Origin: a virus
Lineage: Duplodnaviria > Caudoviricetes
Length of the DNA: 37,975 bases
Virus record (IMG/VR): IMGVR_UViG_3300032242_001019
Span: 1 to 37,975 of that record
Direction: 5' to 3' (one strand)
The position numbers and the translations under genes were made by a program. The notes beneath the pieces are model-generated. The model saw nothing but the letters and a program-made list of their open reading frames with translations. It was not told the DNA's origin and searched no databases. Positions 23,779 to 30,743 of this stretch are shown here, piece after piece. Each line of letters starts with the position of its first letter. Position 1 is the stretch's first letter.

Positions 23779-25326
23779 TTATGCTACTAGTTTGATTTGT
23801 TTAAACGAGGCGTTTGCCAAGTCCCCAATGTCTCTGATACACACGTTGTTCTTGTATACACTCGACACGTCCAACTCGATGCCCACGCCCACTGTTGTGA
23901 TGCCAAGGTTATTGCCCTGCTTGATCTGACTTCTTACCTCATCCTTCCAACCATTGCCATCTGTCAAGACGAATGCAATCTTACGGGTCTCGGGGCGAGC
24001 GTTCAGGATCTCATGGGCATAACGTATCGCAAAGTAATCATTAGTTGAGTAGTTGGTATACAAGCGTGACAAGATCTGCTTGGCCTTGGCCACTGGGGTG
24101 TTGAATGGGACAAGCACTGAGGTGCGGAAATGAAAGGCAAGGATCTGCACGGCCACGCCTGCCTGAGCGAGGGTCTCATACAATGCCACGCAAGTCTTGA
24201 CTGCATTTCTCGCCCGTGACGCAGTCATGGATCCTGACGCATCGAGGACAATCACAACCGCAGAATCAATACCGCCCTCTTCATGATGGCGTTTAAACAC
24301 ACGCACATTACCCGTTGCAATTGATGCGAGCGCAGAGGAGTTGATCTGCCCTGCCTTGCGATTCAATTGGAATTCGTCAAGACCTGACTTCTCGAATAGT
24401 TGACGCACCTCATGACGCAACTTTGAGGGCACGACCACTGTAGTGTCAATGTTGACCGCTGGGTGAGTGTGATCCCCTGCATCTCCGAGTCCTGCGCTCT
24501 TGTCATATGATCCAATGCCTGCCTGACTCTCAGGAACCTCACAATTGGGCTCTGTTTCCCGTGCGTCTTGGCCATCGACTGGGGCGGTCGCCACGCCTTG
24601 ATCACCCTCGCCTGCACCCTCACCCTCACCCGATCCCGATTGATCGTTTGGAGCGTCTCCTGTGGCCTCCTGAGTGCCCTCCTCGCCCTTGCCTTGACCT
24701 TTGCCTTGACCCTTGTCTTGACCTTGTTCGGGTGACTGCTCAGGCAACTGTTTCAATTGCGACATGATCCACTCTGCAATTTTCAAAGTGTCATAGCTTG
24801 ACTTGGCACTGTCGATGCGAGCGCTCGCCTCATCAAATATTGGAGCGAGTCCCTGTGGCAGTGCGATTCGCTTGGCATAGCGTCTGCCGATGCAGGCGAA
24901 GAGCCAAGGATAATTACGGGGGTCATCCATGCCGTCCTCGCCTGCCTCAGCGATCATCTGATTGATCAGCTTGGCGAACACGCCTGCAATGTTGCCTGTC
25001 ATGCCATCGGCAATCGCTCTGCGCTCGATCCACACGTCCTCGACTGCATTGTGCAGTTGTCTCATGTATTGGGTTGTGGCCTTGACTGAGAAGTCGGTGT
25101 ATTTGACATGACACAATTCATGGATGACGAACCCAACATATCTGTCGAGAAAAGCCTGAGTCAAGACTGCATCATCTGCCACGTCTGCAAGCTTGACCTC
25201 GCCCTGCGAGTTGACGCAGGCAGTGGGGATATTGTCCCAAGTAATCCTACTGATTTTCAATGCACTATTGGCACTGATTTTGTTGAGGATCGACTCAACC
25301 CCTGCCTTGAATGTATGACCTCTCAT
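23779..25326 (-). CDS. vWA (MIDAS) protein with an N-terminal HExxH domain (CobT-like AAA+ partner)
   Basis: IHELCHVKYTDF...NAVEDVWIE, a G/Q/E-rich linker, VLDASGSM and LTDG. Confidence 0.85.
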   Translation of the reverse strand: MRGHTFKAGVESILNKISANSALKISRITWDNIPTACVNSQGEVKLADVADDAVLTQAFLDRYVGFVIHELCHVKYTDFSVKATTQYMRQLHNAVEDVWIERRAIADGMTGNIAGVFAKLINQMIAEAGEDGMDDPRNYPWLFACIGRRYAKRIALPQGLAPIFDEASARIDSAKSSYDTLKIAEWIMSQLKQLPEQSPEQGQDKGQGKGQGKGEEGTQEATGDAPNDQSGSGEGEGAGEGDQGVATAPVDGQDARETEPNCEVPESQAGIGSYDKSAGLGDAGDHTHPAVNIDTTVVVPSKLRHEVRQLFEKSGLDEFQLNRKAGQINSSALASIATGNVRVFKRHHEEGGIDSAVVIVLDASGSMTASRARNAVKTCVALYETLAQAGVAVQILAFHFRTSVLVPFNTPVAKAKQILSRLYTNYSTNDYFAIRYAHEILNARPETRKIAFVLTDGNGWKDEVRSQIKQGNNLGITTVGVGIELDVSSVYKNNVCIRDIGDLANASFKQIKLVA

Positions 25327-26717
25327 GATTGCACCCCCATGTACTTGTTGAAAATTTCAGCGTTTAAACAGGCAGACCCAATGCCCCGTAAGGCGATGCC
25401 CGAGTCCTCGACCTGACGATTGACCATCACTGATTCCCATGCCTCGACCATGCCAAGGTAAGGTACGGCCTGAATGAACCCGATCACTTGACGAATGGAT
25501 GGTGCATCGAGTATGTCCCCCGTCTCGACCTTGGCACGTGCGGTATGCACGGCCTTGATCACGTGAGTGGCCACTTCCCGATGGCATCCTGTATGCTTGA
25601 CCACCGCATCGATTTCAAGATGCACGGGCAGGAAAGTAAATTTAATCACGACAGTGAATCGATCGCCCAACGCAGAATTAGTAGTGCGTGTCCCTGCATA
25701 TCGGCCAGTGGTGTCACCATTGAGCAAAGTATTGTCTGCCCCGAAAATCATCACGCCCTCGGCCTTGCTCCACACCTGACCCCCGTATGTCACCTTGGCA
25801 TTGGGTTCGAGAAAACCATTCAAGGGTGCTAACTCACCCTGATCTGCGTTGGTGATCTCATCAAGCAGGATCACTGTCGAGGGGGCAGTGTAAGCAGTGA
25901 GGAAGTCCCCACGTTTAAACACTGTCGCCCCGTTCTCAAGACCCACATCACCCAAATAATCCGATGCAGTGGTGTACTTGTGGAAGTTATAACGCATGAA
26001 CCCACGGCCTGTACGTGCTGAGAATTGCTCGGCAGTCTGCGATTTCCCTGTGCCCTTCTCGCCCCCGAACCACGTATTGCGACCCGTGTCCTGAGCGAAT
26101 GCGAGGGTTCGGAGGATCGACTCAGTCCAAATAAAGCAGGGGTCAATTGCAGGGGCAGACGCATCATTGTAGATATCGAATTCAAAGGGGAGGTCGATCC
26201 CGAAAACATCAAGGCAGGACTTGCGATCCACTTTGATCACAGGGGTGAGGTTGGCGACCTTGGCCTCAGACCCTGTTGCAATGACGGCCTGTTTAAACGG
26301 GGCAAAGGCGTTGTCGATCAGGGTCTCAAGCTTGCGATTGACCTCTGCCTGATCCACTCCAACGCTGACCTCGGCAATGTCGGCCAGTGAGTCCTCAATC
26401 CTCTGAATGGCCTTGGACTGCACGTCTAGGGTGTTGGTCAATGCCTTGATTTTCTCGACCGATTCCAACGCCACGGCCTGAGCATTATTGGCCACGGCCT
26501 CAAGCGCAGGGTTGGCCGTACTGACAACGGGGGCGAAAGGTAATGCCTGCTTTATGTCATCAAGGGTCAACTTCCCTGCATCGATTTGGCCATCAAGCCA
26601 TTGGATCATGACTGACTTATCTGTCGGTGGTCTTGGATCACCTGAAAATTTCAGGTAAGCCCCCGTGATTGTGGCGAGTGGCAGGGTCACCATAATTTGT
26701 TTGTTGACGATTCCCAT
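25323..26717 (-). CDS. MoxR/CobS/CbbQ-like AAA+ ATPase
   Basis: Walker A GEKGTGKS, Walker B ILLDEI, NT...Y.GT...N.AL.DRF and SIRQ; start MGIVNK with a GAGGA RBS. Confidence 0.85.
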   Translation of the reverse strand: MGIVNKQIMVTLPLATITGAYLKFSGDPRPPTDKSVMIQWLDGQIDAGKLTLDDIKQALPFAPVVSTANPALEAVANNAQAVALESVEKIKALTNTLDVQSKAIQRIEDSLADIAEVSVGVDQAEVNRKLETLIDNAFAPFKQAVIATGSEAKVANLTPVIKVDRKSCLDVFGIDLPFEFDIYNDASAPAIDPCFIWTESILRTLAFAQDTGRNTWFGGEKGTGKSQTAEQFSARTGRGFMRYNFHKYTTASDYLGDVGLENGATVFKRGDFLTAYTAPSTVILLDEITNADQGELAPLNGFLEPNAKVTYGGQVWSKAEGVMIFGADNTLLNGDTTGRYAGTRTTNSALGDRFTVVIKFTFLPVHLEIDAVVKHTGCHREVATHVIKAVHTARAKVETGDILDAPSIRQVIGFIQAVPYLGMVEAWESVMVNRQVEDSGIALRGIGSACLNAEIFNKYMGVQS

Positions 26718-26728
26718 GATTTTGATCC

Positions 26729-27313
26729 TCAAACTAAGGTTAAAGCTTGGCCATCGATCGGGCAGGCAGGCAGGCGAGGGTTGCCATACTGGTCATATGC
26801 CCACTTGGCAGTCAGGCGAATGGTATAACCGCAGGCACACATGGCCTTGAGCATCCTAGTGCCCTGCGTCTTGCGTGTGGCGTATGACAGTTGAGCGTGA
26901 GGGTAGTCACCGAGTGACTGAATGATTGCCCCGTAGCGTGTCATGAAGTCGAGCGCACCCGATGTGGCCTTGTATCCACGGGTTGCAGAGGGGACTAAGC
27001 CCATTGCATCGGCAATGCGTTTAAACATTGCACCATGATTCATTGCCCCGTTCGTGGTGTGGCAAAGCTCATGGATCACACACTCAGCGACTGCCTGCGG
27101 ATCGGCCAACTCGGGGGAGATTAGAATCTCATAGTGGTTATCGCCACTATTTTGGCAGGGAAAGCACTCGCCAATGGCACGTGAGCGCTTGGCGTTGAGA
27201 GGGAAACCGCAGGTGATGCGAATGGCCTGTGGTAAGGGTGACCCGTAAAGGTCAAACATGGGTCGCAACTCTTGAATGAGTGCGACAAGATACTCTTCAC
27301 GTGTTGAAAACAT
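26729..27313 (-). CDS. SprT-like zinc metalloprotease with a C-terminal zinc ribbon
   Basis: IGEC...EILISP...HELCH...HG..FK..A..MGL and CACGY.IR...CP; GGAGG RBS before MFSTREEY. Confidence 0.75.
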   Translation of the reverse strand: MFSTREEYLVALIQELRPMFDLYGSPLPQAIRITCGFPLNAKRSRAIGECFPCQNSGDNHYEILISPELADPQAVAECVIHELCHTTNGAMNHGAMFKRIADAMGLVPSATRGYKATSGALDFMTRYGAIIQSLGDYPHAQLSYATRKTQGTRMLKAMCACGYTIRLTAKWAYDQYGNPRLPACPIDGQALTLV

Positions 27314-27375
27314 AAAGTCCTCCAAAAGTAGTGCGACATTGCACTGATAAGCCCGTGGGGCTTACCGCTGAAATG

Positions 27376-27519
27376 TCAATCTAACAATGTGTGTAAGAAT
27401 TTCTGATCGGCCATCGGCATGACGCACACAGAGAACGGGTGCTTATTGGCATAAGCTTTAAGCCTTGCGAGATTCTCAGCGGTGGGGTTGGCCTTGTATT
27501 TGTCTAGAATTTTCTGCAT
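27376..27519 (-). CDS. 47-aa first gene of the early operon (not in the ORF track)
   Basis: AGGAG RBS; MQKILDKYKANPTAENLARLKAYANKHPFSVCVMPMADQKFLHTLLD. Confidence 0.6.
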   Translation of the reverse strand: MQKILDKYKANPTAENLARLKAYANKHPFSVCVMPMADQKFLHTLLD

Positions 27520-27560
27520 TTTATTTACTCCTGTTTAAACTGCTTACCTACCTACAACGC

Positions 27561-27591
27561 AATGATATCACTATCGGTTGACAAGGTGCAA
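27561..27591 (-). promoter_or_regulatory. Sigma70-like early leftward promoter
   Basis: Minus strand TTGCAC-N18-TATCAT with extended TG and an AT-rich UP-like tract at 27592-27612. Confidence 0.6.
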
Positions 27592-27917
27592 GTAATATTT
27601 TAATTTATTTTATCTGAGGGCAATCCAAGGACATATATATTAGAGCACGGCCTGCACTGCGTTTGTGTATCTAAGTATTCATTTTGAGTTTAAGCATAGA
27701 ATGTGCCAAGGGTCAATAACTTAACATAATCAGACCGATTTAAACGGCCTACAATCGATTTTCAGGGTCTCAGGCTACCTTACCATTGGAAAATAATTTT
27801 AAGCGCTCCTGAGCGATCCTAGTGGATATCAGAAACCAAAGTATTACAGGCCATTTCAGTGTACTATAGGTTTAGAATTTAAGGCATTTCAACGGCAATT
27901 GAGTACTAATACTGTAA

Positions 27918-28030
27918 TGTGCATAAAGCTGGGTGTAATCAGTGGATAAGTGATACTGTATAGAAAACCTGTTGATAACATCCTGTGGATAACTTTGAGT
28001 TATGCACACCTGTGGATAAGCTGTTGACAA
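27918..28030. promoter_or_regulatory. Cluster of DnaA boxes
   Basis: TTWTNCACA matches at 27918, 27984, 28000 and 28011; near-matches at 27941, 27970 and 28022. Confidence 0.7.
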
Positions 28031-28051
28031 GAACGGCACTGTAATTACAAT
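28024..28051 (+). promoter_or_regulatory. Sigma70-like promoter of terS
   Basis: TTGACA-N16-TACAAT. Confidence 0.6.
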
Positions 28052-28098
28052 CAGGGTTAGTCAGTGTTCAAGGTGATTACTACGGGGAGTGTTTAAAC

Positions 28099-28713
28099 AT
28101 GGGTAAGACAACCAGTGAAGAGTACTTGGCCAAGCTTGAGGAGCTTGAGTCGAGCGAGGAGATTTTGGAAACGGGGGAGATGAGCGAAGCTGAACGGATG
28201 GCAATGCTCGCAGATAAACCAAAGGTGAGAAGAGACGGCAATGTAGTGGGATCAATGCATAAGAGAGAACGGCCATTGACGGCCTCTCAGATCGCATTCA
28301 GCAACTGCCTTATCAGAGGGGCGACTCTCAAAGTCGCCTATCGGGAGGCCTACCCTAATTCAAAGGCTAACGATGCCTGTGTGATGTCCAACGCCAGTAA
28401 GCTTGCAAAGGATATCAGGATCAAGAGACTGGTCAATGATGGGGTTGAAGAGACCATCGAACACTTGAGTGAGGATGTGGCAGGGACTAAGCGATACGTG
28501 CTGAAACAATTGTTGGCACATAGTAAGGAGGCAAAACAGGAAGGCACTAAATTAAAGGCACTGGAACTACTGGGCAAGTCTGTCGGCCTCTTCATTGATA
28601 AGACTCAAGCAGAGATTAAGCAGGCAACACCTGATGAACTCAAACGGGAACTGGCCACACACTTGAAACTACTCAACAACGTGCGTCCTCTTACTGGTAT
28701 CAAGGCCGTGTAA
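28099..28713 (+). CDS. terS: Terminase small subunit
   Basis: LT..Q..F...L..G.T...AY..AY...ASKL HTH and KLKALELLGK..GLF; lies upstream of terL. Confidence 0.7.
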   Translation: MGKTTSEEYLAKLEELESSEEILETGEMSEAERMAMLADKPKVRRDGNVVGSMHKRERPLTASQIAFSNCLIRGATLKVAYREAYPNSKANDACVMSNASKLAKDIRIKRLVNDGVEETIEHLSEDVAGTKRYVLKQLLAHSKEAKQEGTKLKALELLGKSVGLFIDKTQAEIKQATPDELKRELATHLKLLNNVRPLTGIKAV

Positions 28714-28917
28714 ACGCAAGCGTGTAAACAGGTGGCACGTGTAAACGGGGTGTGGCCGTGACCCACTATACCCCGACCCCCATCCCTAGCCAGCTACCAC
28801 CCTGCCAGCCTGTACGCTCTAATCCCCACAAACAAATACCCCACCCCCTCAAATAGAACGTTCTCATCCCAAATTCCATTTCAATACCCCGGGGGTATAT
28901 ATATTTTCAAAAAGGTC

Positions 28918-28946
28918 TTGTGAACGTTCTGTAATACGTTTACACT
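28918..28946 (+). promoter_or_regulatory. Sigma70-like promoter of the LexA-like/terL operon
   Basis: TTGTGA-N17-TACACT, overlapped by GAACGTTC and GTTTACAC. Confidence 0.5.
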
Positions 28947-29002
28947 ACTGATTGTTTAAACAGGAAGTGAGAAGCATAGAATATGCGTATAGGAGCAAAG
29001 CG

Positions 29003-29233
29003 ATGACTGAGAAGGATCAGCTCATATTAGATTTCATTAAAGCCTACATTAAGTTGCATGGCGTAGCGCCGTCTTATTCTGTAATAGCCCGTGGCGTGAA
29101 TAAGCAGTCTAAGTCCAATATACATAGGGTGGTACATAAATTAATAGATGAGGGCAAGATAGCCATGAAGCCTCATAAGGCAAGAAGTATTAGGGTGACG
29201 GACAGATCTGTAAAAGCTATGGTTAATCTATGA
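29003..29233 (+). CDS. Stand-alone LexA-type winged-helix DNA-binding protein (no peptidase domain)
   Basis: MTEKDQLILDFIKAYIKLHGVAPSYSVIA...SKSNIHRVVHKL..EG.I...P.KARSI; AGGAG RBS. Confidence 0.75.
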   Translation: MTEKDQLILDFIKAYIKLHGVAPSYSVIARGVNKQSKSNIHRVVHKLIDEGKIAMKPHKARSIRVTDRSVKAMVNL

Positions 29234-29243
29234 GAGCAATGTT

Positions 29244-30743
29244 ATGACATTGCTCACCAAAGATGAGATATCAGCCTACTTATCTATTGTGGATAAGGTG
29301 GATGAGAATGAGCAGAATAAGATTAGGCAGTTGTTAGAATATGACAGGGTAGAAAGATGCCGTGAGTCTTTTATATTCTTTGCTTCTCAGATGTGGCCTG
29401 TGTTTATATCGGGTAAACATCATCAGATCATGGCTGATGCTTTTGAGCGTGTAGCCGCAGGAAGTCTTAAGAGATTGATCATCAATATGCCTCCAAGGCA
29501 TACCAAATCAGAGTTTGCCTCATTTCTTTTGCCTTCATGGTTTCTGGGTAAGTTTCCAGAAAAGAAGATCATACAGACAGCACACACCGCAGAACTAGCC
29601 GTAGGCTTTGGCAGGAAAGTTAGGAACCTTGTTTCATCGGATGTTTATGGAAGAGTATTTGATACAAAGTTATCGTCAGATAGTAAAGCGGCTGGAAGAT
29701 GGAACACTCATTTGGGTGGCGACTATTTTGCTATCGGTGTTGGCGGCGCTGTTACAGGTAAAGGGGCTGATCTTTTAATCATAGATGACCCTCATTCGGA
29801 GCAGGAGGCCAAGCAAGGTAACCCTGCGGTGTTTGATCAGGTATATGAGTGGTATACATCTGGCCCTCGGCAGCGTTTACAGCCGGGAGGAGCCATCATT
29901 ATTGTGATGACTCGCTGGTCTAAGAGAGATTTGACAGGCCAAATCCTCAAGAATCAGGTAAAAGAAGGCGTAGATCAGTGGGAAATCATTGATTTTCCTG
30001 CTATTTTGCCTTCAGGAACCCCTCTTTGGCCGGGATTTTGGTCTAAAGAAGCCTTAGAAAGCCTTAAATCTGAACTTCCAGTGTCTAAATGGGAAGCGCA
30101 GTATCAACAAAACCCCACCTCCGAGGAAGGGGCAATTATTAAAAGGGATATGTGGAAAATATGGCCAGATGAATATCCTCCGGCATGTGATTACATCATC
30201 CAAAGCTGGGACACGGCCTTTGAAAAGAACAACAGGGCCGACTTCTCAGCCTGTACAACGTGGGGGGTGTTCTATCATCCCAATTCCCAAGGCGTTTCTA
30301 AGGCCAATATCATCATGTTGGATGCGTTTAAGGAGAGGATGGAGTTCCCAGATCTCAAGAAGAAGGCTCTTGAGATGTTTAAACAATGGAACCCAGATAC
30401 ATTAATCGTTGAAAAGAAGGCCGCAGGAGCGCCGTTAATCTATGAATTGAGAAAGATGGGAATCCCGCTTTCTGAGTATACACCGAGCAAAGGAAGCGAT
30501 AAGATAGCACGTGTAAACGCAATATCCGACTTGTTTGCATCCGGCGCAGTATGGTGTCCAGATACAAGATGGGCCGATGAGGTCATGGAAGAGCTGGCCG
30601 CATTCCCCAATGGAGACCATGACGACTTGGTTGACTCAAGTTCTCAAGCTCTGTTGCGTTTCAGACAAGGAGGGTTTATCACCATCGATTCAGATGAAGA
30701 AGATGAACCTATCTACCACAGACGTAAATTGGAGTACTATTAA
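29244..30743 (+). CDS. terL: Terminase large subunit
   Basis: INMPPRHTKS, TGKGADLLIIDD, MTRW, YQQNP, SWDTA and HDDLVD. Confidence 0.95.
   Translation: MTLLTKDEISAYLSIVDKVDENEQNKIRQLLEYDRVERCRESFIFFASQMWPVFISGKHHQIMADAFERVAAGSLKRLIINMPPRHTKSEFASFLLPSWFLGKFPEKKIIQTAHTAELAVGFGRKVRNLVSSDVYGRVFDTKLSSDSKAAGRWNTHLGGDYFAIGVGGAVTGKGADLLIIDDPHSEQEAKQGNPAVFDQVYEWYTSGPRQRLQPGGAIIIVMTRWSKRDLTGQILKNQVKEGVDQWEIIDFPAILPSGTPLWPGFWSKEALESLKSELPVSKWEAQYQQNPTSEEGAIIKRDMWKIWPDEYPPACDYIIQSWDTAFEKNNRADFSACTTWGVFYHPNSQGVSKANIIMLDAFKERMEFPDLKKKALEMFKQWNPDTLIVEKKAAGAPLIYELRKMGIPLSEYTPSKGSDKIARVNAISDLFASGAVWCPDTRWADEVMEELAAFPNGDHDDLVDSSSQALLRFRQGGFITIDSDEEDEPIYHRRKLEYY

Noticed and set aside
23779-26717. Cobalamin biosynthesis genes cobS/cobT as auxiliary metabolic genes
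   Set aside because: No cobN or other cob genes are present. These are generic MoxR-type AAA+/vWA partners in an early operon.
29288-29296. Single perfect DnaA box in terL
   Set aside because: It is an isolated 9-mer in coding sequence (IVDK) and is compatible with chance.
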